A DNA stretch of 64,000 bases from an uncultured delta proteobacterium (GTDB taxonomy: Bacteria > Desulfobacterota > Binatia > Binatales > Binataceae), in contig CAWCDG010000004.1 of assembly GCA_963794325.1 (NCBI GenBank), positions 1,344,001-1,408,000 of the forward strand, written 5' to 3'. Positions 30,602 through 40,341 of the stretch are shown in pieces. Position numbers and translations under genes: made by a program. How positions within the stretch are numbered: position 1 is the first letter of the stretch; every line of letters starts with the position of its first letter. The notes under the pieces were generated by a model, which ran no database searches, was not told the DNA's origin, and saw only the letters and a list, made by a program, of their open reading frames with translations.

Positions 30602-30679
30602 ACTGTTTCAGCCAAGCCGAGAGACTGCACCTCGCCAATCGACTGAAGCGATTCGCCGTAGCATAGGCGGAGCGACTAG

Positions 30680-32359
30680 TTGCTAAGACGTACGTCGCTG
30701 AGAAGCACTGATCTCCTCGCTGGCGTTGCAGTCGCCGCAGTCGAAATTCCAACCGCGCTCGCCTACGCTGAGTTGGCGGGATTTCCTCCAGTCGTTGGGC
30801 TCTATGCTAGTATCCTTCCATTAATCCCGTATGCAATCGTCGGCTCGTCGCCACAGCTCATCGTAGGTCCTGACGCGGCGACCTGCGCTTTGGTTGCAGC
30901 GGCGCTCGAACCCTTGGCCAATGGAAACCCGCATCACTATCTAGACCTCTCGATCACGCTATCGATTCTGGTTGGGGCACTGTGCATAGTCGGTGGGCTG
31001 CTACGTCTAGGTGCGATCTCGAATTTTCTCTCGCGTCCAGTCCTTGTCGGCTTTCTCAACGGAATGGCGTTGACCATCGTCAGCGGTCAGTTAGGAAAGC
31101 TATGCGGGTTTGCAGTGCGCACCGACACGGGGTTCTTTTTGCGGATTACAGATTTTGTCTCGAAGCTTCCACGGACCCATTTCCCGACTTTGATTGTAGG
31201 GACTTTCACGCTTGTGCTTATCTACCTGATGGGGAAGCTCATTCCTCGCCTGCCGAGCGCACTGGTCGGAGTTTGCGGCGGAATTGCGATGATGGCCTTG
31301 TTGGACCTGGAGAAATGGGCGGTAACAACATTGGGCGCAGTTCCGGCAGGATTCTTATGGCCTCACTTGCCGGCCAGTTTTATTTCTGATGCGGTCCAAT
31401 TGCTACCGGATGCGGCAGGCATCGTCTTGATTTGCTTCTGCGGATCAATGGTAACTGCAAAGAGCTTTGCCGTAAAAAACGGGTACGAAGTCGCGGCAGA
31501 CCGCGAATTCATCGCACTCGGTCTGGCAAACATTACTTCCGGTCTTTCAAGCGGCTTCGCGATTGCAGGTACGGATTCGCGCACGGCGATTAACGATATT
31601 ACCGGCGGTCGGTCGCAGGTAAGCGGGCTGGCGGCTGCCCTCGTTATGGGATTGGTCCTTACATTCTTTACCGGCCCGCTCGCATATATCCCGACCGCAT
31701 CGCTAGGCGCTGTGCTGGTCCTGGCTGGTGCATCGCTTTTCGATTTTGAAAGTGTCTGGAAAATACGCGATATTAGCCGATCGGAATTTGCGCTTTCCCT
31801 CATCGCTACATTGGGTGTCGCGACAATCGGAGTCTTACCTGGAATCGCCATAACTGTGATCTTGAGCCTCATTCTTCTCATAAGGCGCGCTTCCAGCCCG
31901 TACGATGCGATCCTCGGGCAAGTTCCCGGCGTCGATGGATTTACCGATATAAGCGAATACCCCGACGCGCAAACAATCCCAGGGCTCCTGGTCTATCGTT
32001 TCGACGCGGCGCTTTTGTTCTTCAATGCTGATTACTTCAAAAAGCGCGTGCGTGAGGTAATAGCTCTGTCCGTTCATTCGCTGCACCTTTTTGTCTTCGA
32101 TATGGAGGCGATCAATGTAATCGACATGACCGGTCTGGAGGCGTTGGAGGAGATTCGGTCAGAGCTAGCCACAAAAGGAATTGCGCTCTCAGTTGCACGA
32201 GCGAAGATCCAGATTCGGGAAAAGCTGAGCCGCTCGGGTTTCGAGGAGCGATTTGGCGTCGCGAACTTTCATCCGTCAGTGCGAAGCGCGGTTCAGTCCG
32301 GATTGAATTCACTCGCAGGGATGAGCGAGAGCCACCCGCAGGAAGCGGGCTCCAACTGA
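30680..32359 (+). CDS. SulP-family anion transporter with STAS domain
   Basis: AYAELAG, GLYAS, SRPVLVGFLNG, YRFDAALLFFNA. Confidence 0.92.
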   Translation: MLRRTSLRSTDLLAGVAVAAVEIPTALAYAELAGFPPVVGLYASILPLIPYAIVGSSPQLIVGPDAATCALVAAALEPLANGNPHHYLDLSITLSILVGALCIVGGLLRLGAISNFLSRPVLVGFLNGMALTIVSGQLGKLCGFAVRTDTGFFLRITDFVSKLPRTHFPTLIVGTFTLVLIYLMGKLIPRLPSALVGVCGGIAMMALLDLEKWAVTTLGAVPAGFLWPHLPASFISDAVQLLPDAAGIVLICFCGSMVTAKSFAVKNGYEVAADREFIALGLANITSGLSSGFAIAGTDSRTAINDITGGRSQVSGLAAALVMGLVLTFFTGPLAYIPTASLGAVLVLAGASLFDFESVWKIRDISRSEFALSLIATLGVATIGVLPGIAITVILSLILLIRRASSPYDAILGQVPGVDGFTDISEYPDAQTIPGLLVYRFDAALLFFNADYFKKRVREVIALSVHSLHLFVFDMEAINVIDMTGLEALEEIRSELATKGIALSVARAKIQIREKLSRSGFEERFGVANFHPSVRSAVQSGLNSLAGMSESHPQEAGSN

Positions 32360-32454
32360 AGGTGAATTCGCATGACTAGCTTCTCAATTAGTGCTGTTTG
32401 CGACATTTGTTGCTCGGAAGCCGGCCGAGGAGTTTCATGTCATATCGACGAACA

Positions 32455-33045
32455 ATGTTGAAGCATTCTGTTTCGGTGAGCTTTCTCTTCCTCTTTCTAA
32501 TGAGTAGCGGTTTTGCGTGGGGTCAAGCGTTGCCGCGCGATGAGCAACAATTTTGCAGCGCCTTTCCAACTTTTCGAGAAGCGCTGAAACAAGCTCACGC
32601 GAACTCAGCGCGCGATTCGCCTCATCAGCAGCGGCAACTGAGACAAGCTGTGTCCGCTGCAGCAAAAGACTTTAAGCGAAGTGCCGGGTGGAAGAGTTCC
32701 AGTCAGCCAGCGAAGGGATGGGTTGGTGACTTGCACTCAATTGCTGAAACCACCGCCTGGGGCCATCACGTGGGCGCTTCCGTAAAGCTGCCGTGCGGAG
32801 ATGTCATTGTCGGAGTTCCCGAGTTGGCTGTCCGCCGGTGGTCTGTATCAAGCGTTGATCCGATAGCGACGAGTTGCGCCCCAGCGGATCCATACATTGC
32901 CTCGGATGTATCTTCTTTTGCAAATCTCAGCAGACTCAGCGTCGGGCAGAGAGTCACCTTCGCCGGTCGATTTTGTGCGATTCCCGATTCCGTGAATGAC
33001 GACGTGATCTACTTTGTCTTTTCGAAAATGTCTCCAATTCGGTAG
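32455..33045 (+). CDS. Secreted hypothetical protein
   Basis: Signal-peptide-like N-terminus; no family recognised. Confidence 0.5.
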   Translation: MLKHSVSVSFLFLFLMSSGFAWGQALPRDEQQFCSAFPTFREALKQAHANSARDSPHQQRQLRQAVSAAAKDFKRSAGWKSSSQPAKGWVGDLHSIAETTAWGHHVGASVKLPCGDVIVGVPELAVRRWSVSSVDPIATSCAPADPYIASDVSSFANLSRLSVGQRVTFAGRFCAIPDSVNDDVIYFVFSKMSPIR

Positions 33046-33211
33046 CCTGTGCGGCGATCCCGCGAGTGTTGGAATGCTCCTTTGACCAACGCTGTTGGCA
33101 TTGGGCTACAACCTGCTCGAACAATGGATCGCGCGGATCTCGAGGACGTAGCGCCGCTGATTGCACAGAAGGCTTTATGTGCCGAGTCTGGCTCTGAGCA
33201 CTAACTGGCAC

Positions 33212-33290
33212 AACTGGACCTAGGTCCTACAGACAAAGGTCGTAGGACCTTCTTCCCATACGACGAAGCGTATCGGACTTTGGTCCGATT
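33212..33290. promoter_or_regulatory. Cluster of three island palindromes (33212-33231, 33227-33246, 33271-33290 TATCGGAC-TTTG-GTCCGATT) upstream of the DUF992 gene
   Basis: Motif matches; the last is near-perfect. Confidence 0.7.
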
Positions 33291-33421
33291 TACGCGAGAG
33301 CCAAACCGAAGCAAGCTAGGTCGCAAGCAGATGTTAAAACTACCAACAGGGTAGAGAGTTTCTCCAATGGTCCAAGCTAACATCGGGATAAAGAGACTCA
33401 ACAGCGCAAACGGAGAAGAAG

Positions 33422-33958
33422 ATGAATAAGAAAGTGCGAGGAATGGTAGTAGCAGTCGGATTTGTGGTGGCACTGGCCACGGGTGCTTCGTCGGCTTGGA
33501 GCCAGGAGGCAGCCAGCGGCGGCGGCGGCGGAGCTGCCGTTCGCGCAGGCTACCTGACCTGTCACGTCGATGCCGGATGGGGATTTATTTTTGGTTCCTC
33601 GCGCAAATTGGATTGCGCCTATGCGCTGCAGCCTGGATATACGGAGTATTACCTCGGCTCGATAACTAAATTTGGCGCCGACATTGGCTACCTGCAGTCG
33701 GGCGTAATCATATGGGCGGTTCTGGCTCCAACTACAAACCTTGGCCAAGGCGCACTAGCGGGCCACTACGGCGGAGCGACGGCTAGTGCAGCACTCGGAG
33801 TTGGAGCTGGTGCGAACGTTCTGGTCGGTGGCTTCAAAAGCTCGATCGCGTTGCAGCCCGTCTCGATCGAGGGACAGAACGGCTTGAACGTAGCTGCCGG
33901 CGTTGCGTCCATGAACCTGACCTTCAACAAAGAGAAGCCGGCGAAAAGTACTCCTTAA
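33422..33958 (+). CDS. DUF992 domain protein, secreted
   Basis: GYLTC..GWGFIFGSS..LDC, ALQPVSIEGQNGLNVA. Confidence 0.85.
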   Translation: MNKKVRGMVVAVGFVVALATGASSAWSQEAASGGGGGAAVRAGYLTCHVDAGWGFIFGSSRKLDCAYALQPGYTEYYLGSITKFGADIGYLQSGVIIWAVLAPTTNLGQGALAGHYGGATASAALGVGAGANVLVGGFKSSIALQPVSIEGQNGLNVAAGVASMNLTFNKEKPAKSTP

Positions 33959-34301
33959 GTCGGTCTTAGATCGGCCCGAAATAGAAGCAAGGTATAGCTA
34001 TAGCTACCTTATGCTTTCGACGAAGCGGGCCGGCAATGTGAAATTTCATGACCTCGAGGGAGGTCAACGCAAGCTTGGCGCCAGTACAATTTCGGCGATG
34101 GAGCCCAGCGGCGTCGGACGAAATGCAAAAGGCTCGACGCAGAATCGACGCATGGAACCGATGCTGGCCGGTTCGGGCAACTGTACTAAGCGCCCTCACT
34201 GTCAATGGGAGAGCCAAAGTACATCAACAGGCTGGAGTATGAGTCCAATTTCTTTGCCGCGCTGAAATTTGTGGCCAAACCGTAAATGGAGCAGGACTCG
34301 T

Positions 34302-34393
34302 TGGCGGAGAGGGGGGGATTCGAACCCCCGAGACCCTTTCGAGTCTACACGCGTTCCAGGCGTGCGCCTTAAACCGGGCTCGGCCACCTCTCC
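34302..34393 (-). tRNA. tRNA-Ser(GGA)
   Basis: GGAGAGG acceptor, CACGC-CTGGAAC-GCGTG anticodon arm, long variable arm, GTTCGAATCC T-loop, GCCA end. Confidence 0.96.
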
Positions 34394-34534
34394 GCGCGCG
34401 CTTGCGATTATGCATCACCCAAACCCGCGGGGCCAGTTGATCACCAGCGGACGCGCTTGATTGCGCCGCACCCGCCAACTAAGAACTCATGAGGAGCCAG
34501 TCGCACAGGCTGCTCACTACTGGAGAACGTTTCT

Positions 34535-35536
34535 ATGCTGCATACCCCGATATGCGACTACTTTGGAATCAAATATCCGATTCTGCTCGCCGGCATGGGC
34601 GGAGTCGCGATGCACAAGCTGGTCGCCGCGGTTTCCAACGCCGGTGGCCTCGGTGTCATCGGCGCCGCGTCGCTGAGCCCCGACGATCTGCGCACGGAAA
34701 TCCGCAAGACTCGCGATCTGACCGATAAGCCGTTCGCCGTCGATTTACTCGCGCCGATTCCAGATATGATGCGCCCGCACGTGCCCGTGATGATCGAAGA
34801 AAAAGTCAAAGTCTTCGTCGCCGGACTCTCGGTACCGCAGGAATTCGTCAAAGTGATGCACGACAACGGGATGAAGATCGTCGTGATGTGCGGCAAGGTG
34901 CATCACGGCGTCAAGTCGCAGGATGCCGGCGCCGACGTGGTCGTCGCGCAGGGCACCGAGGCCGGCGGACATACCGGCGAGATCGGGATGCTCTCGCTGG
35001 TGCCGCAAATGATCGACGCGGTGAAGCTGCCGGTGCTGGCGGCAGGAGGAATCGCGGACGGACGACAAATCGCGGCGGCGCTCACAGTCGGAGCGCAGGG
35101 CGTCGTGATCGGTACGCGGTTTATCGCGACCCCCGAAGCGCAGGCCGCGCAGGGCTATCGCGAGGCGATCGTCAAAGCGCACGAGGATTCCACCTTGCGC
35201 ACGCGCGCATACACCGGCAAGACCTGTCGCGTCATCCGCACCGAGTATGCGCTCGAATGGGAGAAGGACCCGTCGAAGATTCAACCGTTCCCAATGCAGG
35301 CGCAGATTTCGTCGCGCAACGGCGTGATGAACTACACGGGACGCGGCGGCGCCGACGTCGATCCAAATCGCACTTTCATGCCGACCGGACAGGGCGCCGG
35401 ACTGATCCACGAGATCAAGCCGGCCGCCGAAGTGTTCGCCGACCTGCTGCGCGAGACTGAGGCGGCGCTGCAGAAGGCACAGCAATTGATGTCGGGCGAC
35501 CCCGTGCGCCAGCATTCCGCGGCACCGCCGCGCTAG
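34535..35536 (+). CDS. Nitronate monooxygenase / FabK-like flavoprotein
   Basis: AVSNAGGLG, QGTEAGGH, AAGGIADGR, GTRF. Confidence 0.9.
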   Translation: MLHTPICDYFGIKYPILLAGMGGVAMHKLVAAVSNAGGLGVIGAASLSPDDLRTEIRKTRDLTDKPFAVDLLAPIPDMMRPHVPVMIEEKVKVFVAGLSVPQEFVKVMHDNGMKIVVMCGKVHHGVKSQDAGADVVVAQGTEAGGHTGEIGMLSLVPQMIDAVKLPVLAAGGIADGRQIAAALTVGAQGVVIGTRFIATPEAQAAQGYREAIVKAHEDSTLRTRAYTGKTCRVIRTEYALEWEKDPSKIQPFPMQAQISSRNGVMNYTGRGGADVDPNRTFMPTGQGAGLIHEIKPAAEVFADLLRETEAALQKAQQLMSGDPVRQHSAAPPR

Positions 35537-35580
35537 CAGTAACACGCAACCGCTTGGTTTCCTTCGCCCGTCCTCTTATT

Positions 35581-35745
35581 CCCTCGCCCCACGTGGGGAG
35601 AGGGTTAGGGTGAGGGACAACTGTGCGGCGCGATTGTCTGATGCGCCGCACATTCTGACGCGGTCGCAAAATTTAGGAATTTTTCGGTCCCTCACCCGCC
35701 GCGCGCGGAAGCACGCCGGCGGGGCCTCCCCCTCGTGGGGCGAGG
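35581..35745. repeat. Inverted pair of REP-like elements (35581-35616, 35689-35745)
   Basis: CCCTCGCCCC..GGGGAGAGGGTTAGGGTGAGGG and inverted CCCTCACCC...GGGGCGAGG between convergent genes. Confidence 0.7.
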
Positions 35746-35756
35746 CAAATTAGCGA

Positions 35757-36410
35757 TCACACGCCGCGCGGGATGCCGGGCCAGATCTGCTTATGCATTT
35801 GCAATTGCATCCGCGCCGGCAATCGATCCTCGAGTATCCACGACGCGAGCGCTGCCGGCTCCATTTGCCCGAATACTGGACTCAACAGTAACGCGCCCGC
35901 GCGTCGCGCGAGGTCGCGCGTGATGATCGCATCGCGCGCCCATTCGTAATCTGCGCGATCCGCGACTACAAATTTGATTTCGTCGCGCATTGTCAGATGG
36001 TCGAGATTGCTCCACAGGTTCTTTTCGCATTCGCCGCTGCCCGGACATTTGAGGTCCATGATCTTGATGACGCGTGGATCGAGCCGGCCGACGTCAACCG
36101 CTCCCGACGTTTCGATCATCACGGTTGCGCCCGTTTCAAGCATCGCCTCAGTCAGCGGATACACGCCTTCCTGCAGCAGCGGTTCGCCTCCCGTCACCTC
36201 GACCAGGTCGCATCGGTAGCCGCTGATAATTTCGGCAACCTCGGCAATCGGCATTCGCTTGCCTTCGTAGAATGCGTACTCGGTGTCGCACCATTTGCAT
36301 CGCAGGTTGCATCCGGTGAGCCGCACGAAAACGCACGGACGGCCCGCGTGCGTGGATTCGCCCTGGATGCTGTAAAAAATCTCGTTGATGTGGAGGCGTT
36401 CGGAAATCAT
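35757..36410 (-). CDS. queE: 7-carboxy-7-deazaguanine synthase (radical SAM)
   Basis: EIFYSIQGES, CNLRCKWCDT, TGGEPL, QMHKQIW. Confidence 0.93.
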   Translation of the reverse strand: MISERLHINEIFYSIQGESTHAGRPCVFVRLTGCNLRCKWCDTEYAFYEGKRMPIAEVAEIISGYRCDLVEVTGGEPLLQEGVYPLTEAMLETGATVMIETSGAVDVGRLDPRVIKIMDLKCPGSGECEKNLWSNLDHLTMRDEIKFVVADRADYEWARDAIITRDLARRAGALLLSPVFGQMEPAALASWILEDRLPARMQLQMHKQIWPGIPRGV

Positions 36411-37597
36411 TGTTTTCGGGAAAATGTTTCCGACGTTCGTGCAGCGTCGCGCGCTTCCTCGATCACGACGCGCAACGCCACGTCATGCTCAGCCGCGATT
36501 CGCCGGCAGTCATCATATTCAGGCGAGATGGTCGTCGGCGCGCCGCCATTTGCGCTCGATATCTTGACGCGAACCTTGCCCCATCGCGTCTCGACCTCGC
36601 GAATCTCGCGACGCAATTTCAGCCGCTCGACAGCGTGAAACCGCAATCCGATAGTCGAAGTTTCCGCAAAAATAATCTCCGCCAGCGCGTCGCGATTCGC
36701 GGCTTCTGCGATCACGCCCAACGTCACCGCGGGCCGGCTCTTCTTCATCATCGTCGGCGTGAGCGTTACGTCGCGGGCACCCGCGTCGAACAGGCGCTGC
36801 ATCAGATGATCGTAGATTTGCGGACTAAGGTCGTCGATATTCGCGGAGATCTCGATCATCTCGTCGCTGTCGAGCGCGATGCGCTCGCGCCCGAGCATCA
36901 GGCGCAGCACGTTGGGGCGATCTTCAAGCTCGCGCGAGCCCGCGCCGTAGCCGATTTTCTCGACTTCAAACGCGAGCGGCATTGCTGCGGGACGCGCGAG
37001 CGCTCGAATCACCGCAGCGCCCGTCGGCGTGACCATCTCGTGCGCGCCATCGCCGATTTTGAGAGGGAAACCCTTGAGCAGTTCCGCAGTAGCCGGTGCG
37101 GGTACTGGAATAACGCCGTGTTGCGAGCGCGCGAATCCGTTGCCCGTCGGGAGCGGCGACACGATCACGTCGCCGACGCCGAGATGCTCGAGGCCCCATG
37201 CCGTGCCGACTATATCAATGATCGAATCGACCGCGCCGACTTCGTGAAAGTGAACGCGGTCGGGTGTCGTGTTGTGAATCTTCGCCTCGGCTTGCGCGAG
37301 CACTTCGAAGATCGAAATTGCACGACTCCTGACCGAAGCGGCGAGCTGCGATGCGTCTATCAGCGCACGGATCTCACCGAAGTGACGCTCGGTTTGTGGC
37401 TCCGTCACCTCGACATCGAACTTGAGCGCTGAAATTCCACTCAAAATTTTTCGCCGCGTCGACAGACGATAACCCGCAATCGGCATCGACTTGATCGCGT
37501 GCTCGAACTCGCCAAACTCAGCGCCGCAATCGAGGATTGCGCCGACGATCATATCGCCGCTCAGGCCCGAGAACGCGTCGAAGTAAGCTGTTTTCAT
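36407..37597 (-). CDS. larC: Nickel-pincer cofactor biosynthesis protein LarC
   Basis: YFDAFSGLSGDM, HFHEVGAVDSI, TPTGA, MKKSRP, PEYDDC; likely start MKTAY. Confidence 0.92.
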   Translation of the reverse strand: MKTAYFDAFSGLSGDMIVGAILDCGAEFGEFEHAIKSMPIAGYRLSTRRKILSGISALKFDVEVTEPQTERHFGEIRALIDASQLAASVRSRAISIFEVLAQAEAKIHNTTPDRVHFHEVGAVDSIIDIVGTAWGLEHLGVGDVIVSPLPTGNGFARSQHGVIPVPAPATAELLKGFPLKIGDGAHEMVTPTGAAVIRALARPAAMPLAFEVEKIGYGAGSRELEDRPNVLRLMLGRERIALDSDEMIEISANIDDLSPQIYDHLMQRLFDAGARDVTLTPTMMKKSRPAVTLGVIAEAANRDALAEIIFAETSTIGLRFHAVERLKLRREIREVETRWGKVRVKISSANGGAPTTISPEYDDCRRIAAEHDVALRVVIEEARDAARTSETFSRKQ

Positions 37598-37667
37598 CGC
37601 GCAATCTTTACATGGTAGCAGGGCGTCTATAGAATCAAAAACTCGGTTCGCAGCGGATTGTTCAACC

Positions 37668-38027
37668 GTGAGGCAAAGAGACCTCAAGCTCTTTCGAAAA
37701 CTGCTCGAAGGCCGCAAACGCGACATTCTCCAGGAAGCGGAGCGCGCTGTCGGCACCATGAATCACGAGTCGGACGAGGCCCCGGCCGATCCGACCGATC
37801 GCGCCGCGCTCGAATCGGATCGCAATTTCCTGCTGCGGATGCGCGATCGCGAGCGCAAGCTGCTCACCAAGATCAGCGAGGCGTTCGAGCGAATCGACGA
37901 CGGCTCCTACGGGCGATGCGAGGAGTGCGGCGGCGAAATCGGAATCGAGCGGCTGAGGGCGCGCCCCGTCACCACCCTTTGCATCGCATGCAAGTCCGCG
38001 CAGGAAGTTCGCGAGTCGAAAATCTGA
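37668..38027 (+). CDS. dksA: RNA polymerase-binding factor DksA
   Basis: DPTDRA coiled-coil tip and C4 zinc finger. Confidence 0.9.
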   Translation: MRQRDLKLFRKLLEGRKRDILQEAERAVGTMNHESDEAPADPTDRAALESDRNFLLRMRDRERKLLTKISEAFERIDDGSYGRCEECGGEIGIERLRARPVTTLCIACKSAQEVRESKI

Positions 38028-38057
38028 CATACCTGCAACCCGGAAAATCGCACTGCT

Positions 38058-38924
38058 ATGAAAGTTAGAAAAGCGGTCATCCTCGCGGCCGGCATGGGCA
38101 CCCGGATGCTCCCGTCGTCGAAGGTGATCCCCAAAGAAATTTTGCCGGTGGTTGATACGCCGGCAATCCAGGTCGTTATCGAAGAGGCGATCGCGTCGGG
38201 CATCTCCGAGATCGTGATTGTGATTAGCCCCGGCAAGACCACGGTCGTCGAACACTTCAAGCCGAACATCGAGCTCGAGCGCCATCTCGAAGAGCGCGGC
38301 AAACGCGACCTCCTGGAACTCATCCGGCAGACCAACCATCCCGCAAAGATCATCGTCGCCGAACAGCGGCATCCGCTTGGCCTCGGCCATGCGGTGTTGC
38401 AAGCGCGCGAGGCGGTCGGCGATGAACCATTTGCCGTGATGCTCCCCGACGACATTTTCGATTGCCCGCGGCCATGCCTGCGCCAGCTGCTCGACGTAGC
38501 CGAGACGCGCGACGCGCCGGTGGTCGCGCTGCTCAAGGTCGCGCGCAGCGAGATCTCGAAGTACGGGATCGTCGATGCGAAAGCCGTCGGCGAGCGGACT
38601 TACGAGCTGCGCGGAATGGTCGAGAAGCCGGCGCCCGAAAAAGCGCCGAGCGAATTCGCGATCATGGGACGATATGTACTAACGCCCGACATTTTCGAAT
38701 TGCTCGCGGCGGGCAAGCCGGGCGCCGGCGGCGAAATCCAGTTGACCGACGCGCTGATGGCGCTGACCGCGCGCCGCAAGATTTACGGCTACGAGTTCGA
38801 GGGCATCCGCTACGATCTGGGAGATCGCGTCGGCTTCATCTCGGCGCAAATCGGCTTCGGGTTGAAGCGGCCTGATCTCGCCGACCGGTTGCGAGCGTAT
38901 CTGAAGTCGGTTATCTCACAATAG
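38058..38924 (+). CDS. galU: UTP--glucose-1-phosphate uridylyltransferase
   Basis: AAGMGTRMLP..PKE, LGLGHAV, VEKP, EIQLTDA. Confidence 0.95.
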   Translation: MKVRKAVILAAGMGTRMLPSSKVIPKEILPVVDTPAIQVVIEEAIASGISEIVIVISPGKTTVVEHFKPNIELERHLEERGKRDLLELIRQTNHPAKIIVAEQRHPLGLGHAVLQAREAVGDEPFAVMLPDDIFDCPRPCLRQLLDVAETRDAPVVALLKVARSEISKYGIVDAKAVGERTYELRGMVEKPAPEKAPSEFAIMGRYVLTPDIFELLAAGKPGAGGEIQLTDALMALTARRKIYGYEFEGIRYDLGDRVGFISAQIGFGLKRPDLADRLRAYLKSVISQ

Positions 38925-38946
38925 TAACCGCGTCTCGCCACAGGAT

Positions 38947-39019
38947 GGGGCAGTAGCTCAGCTGGGAGAGCACTACGTTCGCAACGTAGGGGTCGAGGGT
39001 TCAAATCCCTTCTGCTCCA
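38947..39019 (+). tRNA. tRNA-Ala(CGC), CCA not encoded
   Basis: GGGGCAG/CTGCTCC acceptor with G3:U70; CTACG-TTCGCAA-CGTAG anticodon arm. Confidence 0.95.
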
Positions 39020-39192
39020 CATTTCAGTCTCCAGATTTTTGGAGATGTCAGAGAATCGATCGAAATCCGCGCGAGTGCGCGCGATTCGTGATCGCGCGCG
39101 GACCCAGAGAGCGCTTGGGTCGGAGCAAATCGCCAGAATCGGGCAAAACCTATCCGGGCGCGATTTTGCCAGGTCCGCGGATCATCGCTTTA
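38988..39192 (+). repeat. Copy 1 of ~200-bp unit (tRNA-Ala 3' half + downstream element)
   Basis: Aligns colinearly with 47395-47597; 39132-39162 identical to 47538-47568. Confidence 0.85.
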
Positions 39193-39284
39193 GATTCACC
39201 TGCCTCACTTTCCACACGCAGCAAATGAATCCGCCGGGGCGATTGCAGGAAGCCTTAGTGCGCAGCGACATTCCGGGCTAGCGA

Positions 39285-40169
39285 TCAATTTGCGCGGAGC
39301 CGCTTACTCAGCAAGTAGTGAGTGTGGCCGACCGGATGATCCTCGAGCGTGCCGAACACAGTATAGCCGAGTTTTTCGTAGAACGGCCGCGCCTGGAAGC
39401 TCGCCGTATCCAAGTGAGCGCCTGTGCAGCCGCGTTCGATCGCGTGCTGCTCGGCGGCAGCTAGCATTCGCTGACCGTTATCCTGCCCGCGAAGAGGTCG
39501 ATCGACCCAGAGGACGTCGAGGAAGTACCAGTCACCCCAGATGTTGCCGAGCGCGCCGCCGACAATCTCGCCATCGTCGTTTTGCAGGAAGAAGTGTGCC
39601 GCTGACCACATCTCTTCCGGCAGACCGATTGCCGCGATCGCGTGCGTTCGGACACCGCGGTGAACTATCTCTTGAACTTCCTTCGATGCATATGGTTCGA
39701 AGGTGATTGCCGCGTCCGGGGACGGACGAAGCAAATTTGCTTCCGAGTACCATTTGCTCATGTGGAATCGATCGTGGCCTTTGATCGGATGATCGTTGAG
39801 CGCCCCGTAGACGCGATAGCCGAGTTTTTCGTATAGCGGCCGTGCCTCGAAGCTGCCGGTCTGGAGAAACGAGGCCACGCATCCTTTCAATCGCGCGTAC
39901 TCTTCGGCCGCTGCTATCAACTGGATTCCGAGCCCGCGCCCGCGCAGAGCTCGTTCAACCCACAGCGATCCGACGTGCAGCCATTGCCCCCAGAGGCTGC
40001 CATAGAGGCCGCCCCGCACGTGGTTCCCCGCTTCCCTGATTACGAAACAGACCGGGTAATATTCGACGATACCGGTGGCCGTGGTGTTATGGCGTTCCAG
40101 CCCGCGCCCGACGATTTCGAACCACTCTTTCGGCGGATTCGCGTTCACGATTACCTTGGGCGGATTCAT
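39285..40169 (-). CDS. Tandem-domain GNAT acetyltransferase
   Basis: Two repeats of LWV..LRG.G..L..AE..A...GC...T.SF.ARP.YEKLGY. Confidence 0.9.
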   Translation of the reverse strand: MNPPKVIVNANPPKEWFEIVGRGLERHNTTATGIVEYYPVCFVIREAGNHVRGGLYGSLWGQWLHVGSLWVERALRGRGLGIQLIAAAEEYARLKGCVASFLQTGSFEARPLYEKLGYRVYGALNDHPIKGHDRFHMSKWYSEANLLRPSPDAAITFEPYASKEVQEIVHRGVRTHAIAAIGLPEEMWSAAHFFLQNDDGEIVGGALGNIWGDWYFLDVLWVDRPLRGQDNGQRMLAAAEQHAIERGCTGAHLDTASFQARPFYEKLGYTVFGTLEDHPVGHTHYLLSKRLRAN

Positions 40170-40341
40170 GAAAGCCCTCCTTGCGCGATTTGTGGGATGA
40201 TGAACCGGCGATTCTAGCGCTTTCGGGCGGGCAGAACATGCTGCGGATTCGCATCGAGACCAGGATCCAACCCTGAGATTTTCGTCATGACAACAATCTC
40301 AGGCTCGGCTGGCGGTTGGCGGTATCAATCGGCCGATGCTG

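Noticed and set aside
1306-33290. Island palindromes read as IS ends or integron attC sites
   Set aside because: Too short, no transposase or integrase, and located upstream of genes rather than at cassette ends
34048-34242. Short ORF with ARRRIDAW, faintly like an IS3 transposase C-terminus
   Set aside because: Too short; no DDE motif or inverted repeats
36407-37597. larC coupled to queE without other lar genes
   Set aside because: Dispersed lar genes are common; the others may lie elsewhere, and no joint pathway is evident
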